The notes under the pieces: generated by a model | What the model was told of the DNA's origin: nothing | Databases searched by the model: none | What the model saw: the letters and a program-made list of their open reading frames with translations, nothing else | Source of the DNA: an archaeon | Lineage (GTDB): Archaea > Nanobdellota > Nanobdellia > SCGC-AAA011-G17 > GW2011-AR20 | Direction: 5' to 3' | DNA length: 46,750 bases | NCBI GenBank assembly: GCA_002688355.1 | Contig: NZCT01000024.1 | Coordinates: 177,762-224,511, forward strand | Made by a program: the position numbers and the translations under genes | Part shown: positions 9,404 through 19,191 of the stretch, piece by piece | Numbering within the stretch: position 1 is the stretch's first letter | Layout: each line of letters starts with the position of its first letter

Positions 9404-10519
9404 ATGGACATAAACAAGGAATCTATAAAAATACATAAAAAATTACAAGGTAAAGTAGAAGTCACACCAAAAGAAAATACAAACAAAGATAATATCAGTT
9501 TACTTTACACTCCTGGAGTAGCTGAAATTTCTAGAATCATCGGCAAAGACGTAAAAAAAGCATATGACTACACAATTAAAAGTAACACGATTGCTATTGT
9601 TTCAGATGGTTCAGCAATTCTAGGTCTTGGAAATCTAGGTCCAGAAGCAGCACTTCCTGTAATGGAAGGTAAAGCAGTATTTTTCAAACAATATGGAGAT
9701 GTAAACGCAGTTCCTCTCTGTATAAAAGATCAAGACGCAGCTGGAATAATAAACTTTGTTGAAAACATAGCTCCAACTTTTGGTGGAATTAACATAGAAG
9801 ATATAGCATCTCCGATCTGTTTTACAGTCGTAGACACATTAACTAAAAATTTAGACATTCCAATATTCCATGATGATCAACATGGCTCTGCTATAGTTAC
9901 ACTTTCCGCGCTAATAAATGCACTAAAAGTTACTAACAAAGATATAAAAGATTCTAAAATAGTTCTTTTAGGTGCGGGTGCCGCAGGTTACGGCGTTGTA
10001 AAAATACTTGATCATGTTGGAGCAAAAAATGTTATAGTTTTAGATAGTAAAGGAATTATTAATAAAAATAGAGAAAATCTAGATGAACATAAGAAAAATA
10101 TTGCTCAAATAACAAATTTAAATTCAGAAGAAGGAGATTTAGAAGATGCAATTAAAGATGCAGATGTCTTCATAGGTTTCTCAGGTCAAAAAAGTATCTT
10201 AACAAAAGATCTAGTTAAAACAATGAAACAAGACCCAATAATATTTGCCCTTTCTAATCCTGATCCAGAGATAATGCCTCAAGACGCAAAAGATGCAGGA
10301 GCAAAAATAATTGCAACAGGAAGAAGCGATTTTCCTAACCAAATTAATAATGTTGTAGCATTTCCATTTGTAATGAGAAAAATCTTAGATGAAAATATTA
10401 AAAAATTAGATCAAGAATTATTTCACAATGCAGCTAAAAAAATTGCTTCAGTCGTTAAAGACCCAACTACCGATCATATTATTCCTTCATTAGATGAAAT
10501 GGAAAATGTCAAATTATAA
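9404..10519 (+). CDS. NAD(P)-dependent malic enzyme (short type)
   Basis: YTPGVA, SDGSAILGLGNLGP, PVMEGK, GGINIEDI, FHDDQHG, GAGAAG, ALSNPDPE, ATGRSDFPNQINN. Confidence 0.95.
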   Translation: MDINKESIKIHKKLQGKVEVTPKENTNKDNISLLYTPGVAEISRIIGKDVKKAYDYTIKSNTIAIVSDGSAILGLGNLGPEAALPVMEGKAVFFKQYGDVNAVPLCIKDQDAAGIINFVENIAPTFGGINIEDIASPICFTVVDTLTKNLDIPIFHDDQHGSAIVTLSALINALKVTNKDIKDSKIVLLGAGAAGYGVVKILDHVGAKNVIVLDSKGIINKNRENLDEHKKNIAQITNLNSEEGDLEDAIKDADVFIGFSGQKSILTKDLVKTMKQDPIIFALSNPDPEIMPQDAKDAGAKIIATGRSDFPNQINNVVAFPFVMRKILDENIKKLDQELFHNAAKKIASVVKDPTTDHIIPSLDEMENVKL

Positions 10520-11529
10520 TGCAACACAATAAATCTTGCAATCATTGTAATCCTAAAGACAACTCAAAAATAAAAATAAGTAAAAATCTAAAAATAACTG
10601 GAACAATCTTTATTCTAGTTTTCTTAATTTCATTTCTTCCAATTTTTGAAAGTTTAAATGAAAGTTTAATTTCTTTTCTAAAATTAATTTGGTGGGCTAT
10701 ATTGATTGGTTTTTTTATTGGAGGATTAATAGATTATTTTGTTCCAGAAGAATTTATCTTTAAATATCTAGGACAAAAAAATAAAAAATCTATTTTCTAC
10801 GCAGTTATTGGTGGTTTTCTTATGTCTGCATGTTCTCATGGTATTCTTGCAATTTCAATGCAATTATATAAAAAAGGTGCAAGCATTCCTGCAGTAATTA
10901 CCTTCTTATTAGCTTCACCATGGGCAAATCTTCCTATAACAATTTTATTATTTGGTTTCTTTGGTATAAAAGCATTATATTTTATCTTAGCAGCCATGTT
11001 TATTGCAGTAGTTACTGGTTTTATCTATTTATTATTAGAAAAATACAACTTAATTGAGAAATCTAAAAAAATTATCTTATCTGGTGATTATCAATGGGAA
11101 AAAATAAAAAATTTTAATTTTAATGAAAGTGTAAAAGGAACTTTTCATGGTTCTATTAGTCTAGCTAACATGGTTCTATGGTGGATATTAATTGGGTTTT
11201 TAATAGCTGCAATCATTGGAGCTTACGTTCCTTCTCATATTTTTGTACAATACTTTGGACCAACTTTCTTAGGTTTACTATTAACATTAGCTTTTGCAAC
11301 AATTATAGAAGTTTGTTCCGAAGGTTCTTCACCAATAGCATTTGAAATATTCAATAAAGTTGGAGTTTTAGGAAACCCATTTGTTTTTTTAATGGCTGGA
11401 GTAGCAACAGATTATACTGAAATAGGTTTAATATGGTCTAACATAGGAAAAAGAACAGCAATATACTTACCAATTATTACAGTACCTCAAATATTATTAA
11501 TAGGATATTTGTTTAACATATTTTTATAA
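10519..11529 (+). CDS. Predicted permease (DUF318/ArsP-like)
   Basis: About 8 TM segments in two repeated halves with SACSHG and EVCSEGSSP motifs, FLLASP/FLMAG; N-terminal CNHC. Confidence 0.8.
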   Translation: MQHNKSCNHCNPKDNSKIKISKNLKITGTIFILVFLISFLPIFESLNESLISFLKLIWWAILIGFFIGGLIDYFVPEEFIFKYLGQKNKKSIFYAVIGGFLMSACSHGILAISMQLYKKGASIPAVITFLLASPWANLPITILLFGFFGIKALYFILAAMFIAVVTGFIYLLLEKYNLIEKSKKIILSGDYQWEKIKNFNFNESVKGTFHGSISLANMVLWWILIGFLIAAIIGAYVPSHIFVQYFGPTFLGLLLTLAFATIIEVCSEGSSPIAFEIFNKVGVLGNPFVFLMAGVATDYTEIGLIWSNIGKRTAIYLPIITVPQILLIGYLFNIFL

Positions 11530-11568
11530 TTCAATAGTGTTTTAAATCTTATTTTTCTTATTTTCTTT

Positions 11569-12414
11569 ATGTCAAATAACTTTTTATCCTTACCAGAAAA
11601 ATATTCAAATGAAGAAAAGTCTAAGGTTGTAATAGTTCCAGTTCCTTATGATAAAACTTCAACATGGCAAAAAGGTTCTTCAAAAGCACCTAAAGCTATC
11701 ATAGAAGCTTCAAAAAACTTAGAACTTTATGATATTGAAACAGATTCTGAAGTTTATGAACAAGGAATACATACAGCCCCTTCTATAAAAGTAGATGAAG
11801 ATTCACCAGAATCAATGGTTCAAGAAGTTGAATCTACTATAACAAAATGCATCAAAAAAAATAAATTCACAATAGCTATAGGTGGAGAACATTCAGTTTC
11901 CATAGGCTCAATTTACGCTCATTCTAAAAATTATAAAGATTTAACAATATTACAACTAGATGCTCATGCAGATTTAAAATATTCTTACAACAACTCAAAA
12001 TATAACCATGCTTGTGTTATGGCAAGAGCAAAAGAAAACTGTCCAATAGTCCAAGTTGGAATAAGAAGTTTAGACATTTCAGAAAAAGAATCTATTGATG
12101 AAAATAAAATATTCTACGCAAAAGATATTCATAATAATACAGACTGGATTGATAACGTTATAAAACAATTAACAAAAAATGTTTACATAACTATAGATTT
12201 AGATGTTTTTGATCCTTCTTTAATTTCAACAGGAACTCCAGAGCCAGGAGGGTTAACTTGGTATCCAATTTTAGAATTATTAAAAAAAGTTTCTCAAGAA
12301 AAAAATATTGTTGGTTTTGATATTGTAGAGCTTTTACCTGGTAAAAATAAATCTCCAGATTTCTTAGCAGCTAAATTAATATATAAAATCTTAAGTTATA
12401 AATTCAAAATCTAA
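11569..12414 (+). CDS. speB: Agmatinase (ureohydrolase)
   Basis: PYDKTS, GGEHS, DAHAD, HAC, QVGIRS, DLDVFDP, TGTPEPGG, DIVE. Confidence 0.92.
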   Translation: MSNNFLSLPEKYSNEEKSKVVIVPVPYDKTSTWQKGSSKAPKAIIEASKNLELYDIETDSEVYEQGIHTAPSIKVDEDSPESMVQEVESTITKCIKKNKFTIAIGGEHSVSIGSIYAHSKNYKDLTILQLDAHADLKYSYNNSKYNHACVMARAKENCPIVQVGIRSLDISEKESIDENKIFYAKDIHNNTDWIDNVIKQLTKNVYITIDLDVFDPSLISTGTPEPGGLTWYPILELLKKVSQEKNIVGFDIVELLPGKNKSPDFLAAKLIYKILSYKFKI

Positions 12415-13151
12415 TCATTAGCAACTCTCGGAGCTAAAATAACACTCAAATTTAACTTATCCAAAATCTTATAATCAATCCGTAAAGGATAATCATTACC
12501 AAAATTTAAAGAAACACTATCACTCAAACTACTCCCTTTAATTATCTTACGCAAATACTCTAAAGAATATTTAGATTTTATAACATTCTCCACTTTCAAA
12601 TTAACATTCTCATTTCCAGAATCTATTTGCACAACTGCATTACTTAAAGTTCCATCTGCTTGCACACTAAATTGTTCTTTATCTGCAACTAAAGTAACAG
12701 AATCCGCAACAACACCCATATCTTCAATAGCCTCATCAAATAAACTTGTACCAATATCTATAGATCCAGTAAACTTTAAATCAGGAATTCTTTGTTTTTG
12801 GTTCTCAATATCAATTAAACTTAAATTAAAAGTTCTTTTGTTCTCTCCCTCTAAATCCATCTTTAATTTATTATTTTTTAGTTCTAAAGACAATTTATCA
12901 CTTGGTTTAGCTCTTCTAAGAATTTGTTTTAAATTATCTAGATTAACTCCAACTTCAACATCCTCTTCCAAAGAATACTCAGTAAAAGCACTGCTTAATA
13001 ATTTAAAATTAATCAAAGCAACATTAGCAGGATCCATAGCAATTAATTCCATTTTATCTTTATCAAATTTAAGAACAACCTCATTTACTAATTCTGATAT
13101 TATAGCTATAGGATTCTTCAAATATTTTGGTTCATCTAAAATTAATTTCAT
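12411..13151 (-). CDS. pcn: DNA polymerase sliding clamp PCNA
   Basis: IAMDPANVAL, IGVN-like GVNLDNLKQIL, SKYSLEYL, DYPL, ILAPRV; 246 aa. Confidence 0.97.
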   Translation of the reverse strand: MKLILDEPKYLKNPIAIISELVNEVVLKFDKDKMELIAMDPANVALINFKLLSSAFTEYSLEEDVEVGVNLDNLKQILRRAKPSDKLSLELKNNKLKMDLEGENKRTFNLSLIDIENQKQRIPDLKFTGSIDIGTSLFDEAIEDMGVVADSVTLVADKEQFSVQADGTLSNAVVQIDSGNENVNLKVENVIKSKYSLEYLRKIIKGSSLSDSVSLNFGNDYPLRIDYKILDKLNLSVILAPRVAND

Positions 13152-13210
13152 CTTCTCTTTTTTTAATTAAGATTTATTTATTAAGTTCATTATGCTAAAA
13201 AATACAAGTT

Positions 13211-13522
13211 CTATACACTATTTATAATAACATCCATAGCTTTCTTATACAATTGCTTGTCTACATTATCCAAATTCTTAACAAAATGACCATGTATCTC
13301 AAACTTTTCCTCGTAAGGCAATAAATTTCCATACAATTTTACAAAACTATTAACCCCAACATTAGCACTTAAAGTAACTAAAATATTCCCACTTCCATCA
13401 TCAATTACTAATTTATCTTCTTCTTTATGTATTATTATCCCAGAAATAGCCACTTTCACATCTTCTTTCTTCAAGTCTTTAATATACTTATCTTTATAAG
13501 GCAAATTATACTCATTAATCAT
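13211..13522 (-). CDS. Small OB-fold protein (RPA small-subunit-like)
   Basis: KVAISG, LVIDDGSG, FVKLYG OB-fold pattern; lies between tfs and pcn. Confidence 0.7.
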   Translation of the reverse strand: MINEYNLPYKDKYIKDLKKEDVKVAISGIIIHKEEDKLVIDDGSGNILVTLSANVGVNSFVKLYGNLLPYEEKFEIHGHFVKNLDNVDKQLYKKAMDVIINSV

Positions 13523-13829
13523 AGCTTCTCCATCGATGTTTACACTTTACACACATAAAAAATTGCGTTTCAGCCTCATCTCCAGATCTTGTTTGATTTA
13601 GCCAATAAAAAGCCTGTTTATTTCCACATTTTGGACATTCTGCCTCAGTTTTAGGTAAAGTCTCAATAGTTTTATCAACTAACTCTATTTTCTTACTATC
13701 TTTAGTTTTCTCTTTTATAACAATACTTTTTTTATCTCTACTTGAATAACCACAATTACTACATTTAATCTTCTTCGGATTATCTTTATCTGGAAATAAT
13801 ATTGATCCACACTTACTGCAAAACATCAT
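13515..13829 (-). CDS. tfs: Transcription factor S (TFS/RpoM)
   Basis: Two Zn ribbons (FCSKCG, CSNCG; CPKCG, CVKC) and the QTRSGDEAET acidic hairpin. Confidence 0.96.
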   Translation of the reverse strand: MMFCSKCGSILFPDKDNPKKIKCSNCGYSSRDKKSIVIKEKTKDSKKIELVDKTIETLPKTEAECPKCGNKQAFYWLNQTRSGDEAETQFFMCVKCKHRWRSYD

Positions 13830-13944
13830 TTTATTCTTATTATTAACAATCTAATATTTAAATTTAATCATTAATACCTATAGTAAAAATCCAAGTTTAA
13901 GTACCAATAAAAACCATTTTAAATCATTCTCTCAAAATAATATT

Positions 13945-14505
13945 ATGCAATACTTAACCAAAGGCCAAAGAGGAGTGGTTTACACAGATCAAAATAAAGA
14001 AATTATTATTAAAATTGGAGAAGAATTTAGAATAAAAAACGAAGCAATATGGTTAGAAAAATTAAACAAATACAATATTGGCCCTAAACTAATAAAACAT
14101 CAAGAAAATTACCTAGTCTTAAAATATATAAAAGGTAAACAAGTATCAGAATATTTCAAAGAAGTAAACAAACAACAAATAATAAACATAATAAAAGAAA
14201 TATTAAAACAATGTAGAACCTTAGATAAATTAAAAGTAAATAAATTAGAAATGAATCATCCATTTAAACACATATTAATTGAAAATAAAAAACCAATAAT
14301 GATAGATTTTGAAAAATGTACATTAACTGAAAATACTAAAAACGTTACCCAATTCTTCCAATATCTTATGTCTAATAACTTAGAACAAATATTTAACAAA
14401 AAAAGCATTTCAATAAACAAAAAAGAATTTATAAAAAAACTAAAAAATTACAAAGATAATAACTCTGATGAAAATTTTTCCAATTTGCTTTCACTAATTA
14501 AGTAA
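13945..14505 (+). CDS. Archaeal RIO/Bud32-like Ser/Thr kinase-fold protein (COG2112-like)
   Basis: KGQRGVVY, IIIK, NEA, IGPKL, YIKG, EMNHPFKHILI, MIDFE. Confidence 0.75.
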   Translation: MQYLTKGQRGVVYTDQNKEIIIKIGEEFRIKNEAIWLEKLNKYNIGPKLIKHQENYLVLKYIKGKQVSEYFKEVNKQQIINIIKEILKQCRTLDKLKVNKLEMNHPFKHILIENKKPIMIDFEKCTLTENTKNVTQFFQYLMSNNLEQIFNKKSISINKKEFIKKLKNYKDNNSDENFSNLLSLIK

Positions 14506-14506
14506 A

Positions 14507-15076
14507 TTAATTAGGACAAACATATTTTTTACCTTCAAAGATTTCTGAAAACCAAACTTTCAACCAACCTAAATAAGGAATTCTAAAATAAGCTTTTCCT
14601 AAAATAATATCTTCTGTAATTCTATTCTCTCCTAATGTACTAATTATATCAAGATTATTATCTCCCTTAGTTTGATATACTTCATTATTCTTTGAAACAA
14701 TTCTATGTATTATAGGATTATCACTTCTTCCACTAAAAACAATTATATCTCCTTTCTCTAAATTCCCACCTCGTAAAACAATTATATCCCCTTTACTAAA
14801 ACCATTTCTTAATTTATAATTCTCAAAATCACTTTTCGTAATTCCATGATCCTCATACCATTTTCCATTATCTTCCCACCACTTTTCAAAGTTTCCTCCA
14901 TTATGTTCCATACTACATGAAACAACAGCAACTAAAGGATGGCTAGTATCTAATAAAAAACCTAATCCTGGAAAAATAAGAAATTTGACAATAACAAAAG
15001 CTAATACAACATTTATAATCCAGGAATATATAGAGTTATCATTCCATATAAATTTCCATAATTTTCTTAAATTCAT
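14507..15076 (-). CDS. sec11: Signal peptidase I, archaeal/ER type
   Basis: VVSCSM, GDII, PIIHRIV, TKGDNN, IPYLG. Confidence 0.92.
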   Translation of the reverse strand: MNLRKLWKFIWNDNSIYSWIINVVLAFVIVKFLIFPGLGFLLDTSHPLVAVVSCSMEHNGGNFEKWWEDNGKWYEDHGITKSDFENYKLRNGFSKGDIIVLRGGNLEKGDIIVFSGRSDNPIIHRIVSKNNEVYQTKGDNNLDIISTLGENRITEDIILGKAYFRIPYLGWLKVWFSEIFEGKKYVCPN

Positions 15077-15108
15077 ATTTTAAAATAGAAAACTGTTATT
15101 TAAAAACT

Positions 15109-15879
15109 TTATTTTTTAGGTAAAACTCTCTTAATTAAATTAATATCCCAACCATTATCTAATAAAGATTTTAATATTTGATCAGTATTCATCCCCATTG
15201 TTTTAGCTTTTCTAATATAAATTCTCAAATTTTCTGCATTAATATCCTCAACAGCTTTACTTATTTGTTGAATAGTCCATCCTTTACTTTGTAAAAAACT
15301 AGTTATTTGATCCTTACCATAATTTTTAGCCATTAGTTTAATAATTATATTTCTTAACTCATTCAAATTAACAAGTGTCTTCTCTTTCTTATTCTCTCCA
15401 GGTTTCTCTAATGATGTGTCTAAACTAAAAGGTTCACTTTTCTGTTTATTTTTTATCGGTTTAACAGGAGGTTCCTTAAATAAACTAGATATTTCCTTCT
15501 CGTTTAAGTTTGTGTCTCCAAAATTTCCACTAGAAGCACTAGGTAAATCTTTTCCAGGAGCACTAGGGGCATTTCCCACAGGAGCATTTGGAACACCAGG
15601 AATATTAGGAACATTTGTCTTGCCAGGCTTAGGTGCCATTGGTATAACTCCTTTCTTTTTTTTGAATTTCTTTAAAATTAAAAATATTGCTCCTAAAACA
15701 GCTAAAACTACAACAATAGCAACAATTATAGTAACTGCATTAATTTCAGTGTCTTCAAGTATAGCCTCTCCAGTAACTCCACTGGTTTCTGTAACATCAG
15801 GCTGTGAATTAATAAAAAAGAAGAATAGCAGTACAAAAATAGCTATAACAATGAAAGATAAACTTTTGTCCTCACCCAT
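15109..15879 (-). CDS. Hypothetical membrane protein with Pro-rich linker and two C-terminal helical repeats
   Basis: Two TM segments, PNIPGVPNAPVGNAPSAP linker, twice-repeated LR.{9}..DQI...L...GW....I motif. Confidence 0.7.
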   Translation of the reverse strand: MGEDKSLSFIVIAIFVLLFFFFINSQPDVTETSGVTGEAILEDTEINAVTIIVAIVVVLAVLGAIFLILKKFKKKKGVIPMAPKPGKTNVPNIPGVPNAPVGNAPSAPGKDLPSASSGNFGDTNLNEKEISSLFKEPPVKPIKNKQKSEPFSLDTSLEKPGENKKEKTLVNLNELRNIIIKLMAKNYGKDQITSFLQSKGWTIQQISKAVEDINAENLRIYIRKAKTMGMNTDQILKSLLDNGWDINLIKRVLPKK

Positions 15880-15982
15880 CTAAAAATAAAAAGAAAAGTT
15901 CTTTAAATAGTTTTTGAATTTTTCACTATAAATACAAAAATAACGATATCTTTATATTGCATTTAGTTGTTATTTCTACATT

Positions 15983-16813
15983 ATGGACATAAAAGAGGTT
16001 GTTAAAGAATTCAAGAAGTTTAAACCAAAAGCAATTGCATTATGGGGTTCATATGGCATGGGTTTGAATGACAAATTCACTCATGATATAGATATAGCAA
16101 TCTATGTTAATAAATTACCTACACAAAGTTCTAAAAAACCCATTTTCTCTAAGCTTTCAGATAGTAATCTAAAATTGCCTTGGGAAGGAGATTTTTTTAT
16201 TAAAAATTATGAGATATATGAAATAAAATTTATCCAATGCAATGATATAGAACAAAAAATAAAAGATTTAAAAAAAGGAAAAAATGACTTTGAAAATAAT
16301 ATCGCTGTGTTCATCAGAGATACTAAAATAATATATGATACTAATTGGTTAATAAAATTAAAAAATAAAATTAAAAAATACCCTAACAAACTATTTAAAA
16401 ATAATTTTAATGAAAACCTAACATTAGCTTTTAGAAAAATACATCATTATGATAGGGCGCTAAACAAAAGAGCAAAACCTCTTTGGGCACAATACATAAT
16501 TAATAGAGGAACTAATTATTTAATTAGAACAATTTTCGCTGCAAATAAAACATATTATGGTAAGGACAAATGGCTTGAATATGAAATAAATAAATTCAAA
16601 ATAAAGCCAAAAAATTTTGAAAAAAATCTTATTAAATTATTAAAATCCAGAGACATCAGTTATTATAAAAAACTAGTTTATGAAGTTTACAATACTTATA
16701 AAAAACATTATCCAAAAGAAGTTGCAAGAATTTTAGAGGTAGAAAAAAGTTTACAAAAAATAGATGCACAAATAGAATTATCTAAAGAATCTAATCGGTT
16801 TCTAATTTATTAG
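15983..16813 (+). CDS. Pol-beta-superfamily nucleotidyltransferase with helical C-terminal (DUF4037-like) domain
   Basis: ALWGSYGMG...DIDIAIY (GS + DxD), IIYD, YP, FAANKTYY..KW. Confidence 0.75.
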   Translation: MDIKEVVKEFKKFKPKAIALWGSYGMGLNDKFTHDIDIAIYVNKLPTQSSKKPIFSKLSDSNLKLPWEGDFFIKNYEIYEIKFIQCNDIEQKIKDLKKGKNDFENNIAVFIRDTKIIYDTNWLIKLKNKIKKYPNKLFKNNFNENLTLAFRKIHHYDRALNKRAKPLWAQYIINRGTNYLIRTIFAANKTYYGKDKWLEYEINKFKIKPKNFEKNLIKLLKSRDISYYKKLVYEVYNTYKKHYPKEVARILEVEKSLQKIDAQIELSKESNRFLIY

Positions 16814-17072
16814 GTTTTCTACCATATTTAATCCATCCAATAATAACAATTCCAATATTCAATGCTCCAAATATATTTGTTATAATTATTGGAAAATCAT
16901 TTAATTCAAAACCATAAAATATCCAAACAATTGCACCAAGAAAAAGAAAAGAATATGTAATGATTGAAATATCTCCAGCACTTTTCCTTTTAAAGATTTT
17001 TATCCATTGTGGTACATTTGCTAATCCACTAATAGTTCCAAAAGTAGTCGCCAAGATTGCTAATAATGTCAT
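16791..17072 (-). CDS. SemiSWEET / PQ-loop transporter
   Basis: 93 aa, 3 TM, NVPQWIKIFKRKSAGDIS, WIFYG, PIIITN. Confidence 0.88.
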   Translation of the reverse strand: MTLLAILATTFGTISGLANVPQWIKIFKRKSAGDISIITYSFLFLGAIVWIFYGFELNDFPIIITNIFGALNIGIVIIGWIKYGRKPNKLETD

Positions 17073-17099
17073 TTGAACCGCCTATATAAATTAAAAAAC

Positions 17100-17375
17100 T
17101 TATTTTATATTCTTATTAAATTGATCTTTAAAATCTTTAATCTTTTTCTTTAAAGAATCGTTAGCTTTTACAACTAAATTAATAGCATCACCTTTACTAG
17201 ATTCAACTAACATAATAGGTTCAGATATCAAAGAATGGTCTATTCTATAAGCACTTACATCTGTTTCATTAAAAGACCATAATTCATTTCTAACAGCATT
17301 ACATAGAGTATGATCTTCTCCAATTACTTCAAATTCTATCTTATTCTTATCTTGTTCTAATATCTTAATTTCCAT
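17100..17375 (-). CDS. rpoL: RNA polymerase subunit L (Rpo11)
   Basis: GEDHTLCN, AYRIDH, P. Confidence 0.93.
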   Translation of the reverse strand: MEIKILEQDKNKIEFEVIGEDHTLCNAVRNELWSFNETDVSAYRIDHSLISEPIMLVESSKGDAINLVVKANDSLKKKIKDFKDQFNKNIK

Positions 17376-17406
17376 AATCTTAACTAAAAATATACACTTT
17401 TAAACC

Positions 17407-18003
17407 TTATGTTTTCTCTAAAATCCATAATCCAACTTCAACATCCTTTGATTTCTTCTTATGAAATAAATAAGATTTTCTTAAAGGAATATTTAATTTA
17501 ATAACATCTAAAACCTTAAAACCATGATCTTTAGAGAGTTTCTCAATAAATTTAATAGAAGTAATCTTATGTAAAGAATATATTTTTCCTGCAACTTCAA
17601 AAGCTTTTAATAAAAATTCTCTATCTATATGTTTAACCTTAGTTCCAAAAGGAGGATTCATAATCACAACATCAACTCTCTTTTTAAAATCTTTAATATC
17701 ACTTTCTACAAAAACACCCCTTTTATCTTTAACATTTTCCTTAGCAATCACTAAAGCATCTTTATCTGTATCAACAAAGTAAACTTTTTTACTCTCAAAA
17801 AATAAACAACCTTTTCCTAAAATACCATTTCCACAACCAAAATCAGCAATAATTTTACCCTTAATATCATAATTAAAATTTATTCTAAGAATTATCTCCG
17901 AAGCAACTTCACTATCTAAGACATACTGCTCTAATTTAATTTTCAAATTTTCTAAAGGGGTTAATTTAGAAAGTTCAATTGATAATTGTTTCTTATTTAA
18001 CAT
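17407..18003 (-). CDS. METTL5-like SAM-dependent RNA methyltransferase
   Basis: KKQL..ELS, LEQY, DFGCGNGIL, MNPPFG, YSLHK, FH. Confidence 0.9.
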   Translation of the reverse strand: MLNKKQLSIELSKLTPLENLKIKLEQYVLDSEVASEIILRINFNYDIKGKIIADFGCGNGILGKGCLFFESKKVYFVDTDKDALVIAKENVKDKRGVFVESDIKDFKKRVDVVIMNPPFGTKVKHIDREFLLKAFEVAGKIYSLHKITSIKFIEKLSKDHGFKVLDVIKLNIPLRKSYLFHKKKSKDVEVGLWILEKT

Positions 18004-18009
18004 AAAAAA

Positions 18010-18474
18010 TTATCTTTTATTAACCTTTATTAAGTCACCGATAGTAATTTCAGAATCCTTAAAATCTAAACTTTTTGTAAGTCTTTTACTCTCTAATTTC
18101 TCAACTAAATTTATATTAAAGAATTTCTCTAATTTTCTAGCAACATCCATATTAGGTTCTAATTTTTTACTTTCAATATTTTGAATAACACTTTCTTTTT
18201 CTCCAATATGTTTAGCTAAATCCTCTTGCTTTAATCCTTTATTTTCTCTAGCTTCCTTTACAACTTTATTATAATTTTCTATCATACTTTCAACAGATTC
18301 TTCAACAACGCTCTCAGGTTTTTCCTTAACAACGTGCTTCTCTTCTACTTCTTTCTTCTCATTAACAATATTTCCAAACTGAGAACAATGTTCACAAACA
18401 TCAAGCATAGTTCCTTCTACAACAACTTCAAAGTAATCTCCTAATTTCTTACCACACATCTCACAATTACCCAT
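18010..18474 (-). CDS. Archaeal multiprotein bridging factor aMBF1
   Basis: CEMCG...VEG...VCEHC Zn ribbon plus ARENKGLKQEDLA HTH, TIGD. Confidence 0.93.
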   Translation of the reverse strand: MGNCEMCGKKLGDYFEVVVEGTMLDVCEHCSQFGNIVNEKKEVEEKHVVKEKPESVVEESVESMIENYNKVVKEARENKGLKQEDLAKHIGEKESVIQNIESKKLEPNMDVARKLEKFFNINLVEKLESKRLTKSLDFKDSEITIGDLIKVNKR

Positions 18475-18516
18475 ATTAATATAAAGATCTCAAATTTTAT
18501 ATAGATTTTGTTTTAA

Positions 18517-19191
18517 TTATAAGCCAACTAAATCTTTTAACTCTCCAATATTTCTATATTTATCAAACATCTCTTTATCTATAACAGTTAAAGGAGCTTT
18601 AGTAATATCATGAATATTCATAAGAGTCTGAACAGCATCATTTTCTGCATTTATATCAAAAGAAAAGATAACAAACTTATCGGGATTTAATTCATATAAA
18701 TTCGTTAAAATATATCCTTGTTCTTCAGATAAATAAGAGTTTCCTAAAAGATCATTTTCATCATTAGTATAAAAAAACAAAATAATATCTTTCTCAATAT
18801 TACATTTCTCTTTAAATTCTTTTAATAATATTAAAGTTTTAATTTCAATTAATTGATAAAATTCTTTTTGAATAAGAACTTCTCGATTATGTTTTCCTTT
18901 TTTATTTTCTAAAACACTAATCTTATCTCCCAATTCATTCTTATCTTCTAATATTTGATCTAAACTAAATTGACAAATATCTTCAGAACTACTAATTAAT
19001 TTATCTTTTAAATTTAAACTAGTAAGATGTACTTCCAATAAATCTTTATCTTCTTCAAATTTATACTGTACATAATTATTAAAAATAATTCCAACTGATA
19101 GTCCTAATAAAAAAATTGAAACTGCAAAAATTATCGCAATAATATATATTCTACCACTCAATCCTCGTTGAATTTTTCTCATTTCTACCAA
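18517..19191 (-). CDS. Membrane-anchored hypothetical protein, helical region plus degenerate thioredoxin-like C-terminus
   Basis: N-terminal TM; ILFFY...QGYIL...IFSFD...ITKAPLTVID pattern without CxxC; overlaps the GT2 stop. Confidence 0.55.
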   Translation of the reverse strand: MVEMRKIQRGLSGRIYIIAIIFAVSIFLLGLSVGIIFNNYVQYKFEEDKDLLEVHLTSLNLKDKLISSSEDICQFSLDQILEDKNELGDKISVLENKKGKHNREVLIQKEFYQLIEIKTLILLKEFKEKCNIEKDIILFFYTNDENDLLGNSYLSEEQGYILTNLYELNPDKFVIFSFDINAENDAVQTLMNIHDITKAPLTVIDKEMFDKYRNIGELKDLVGL

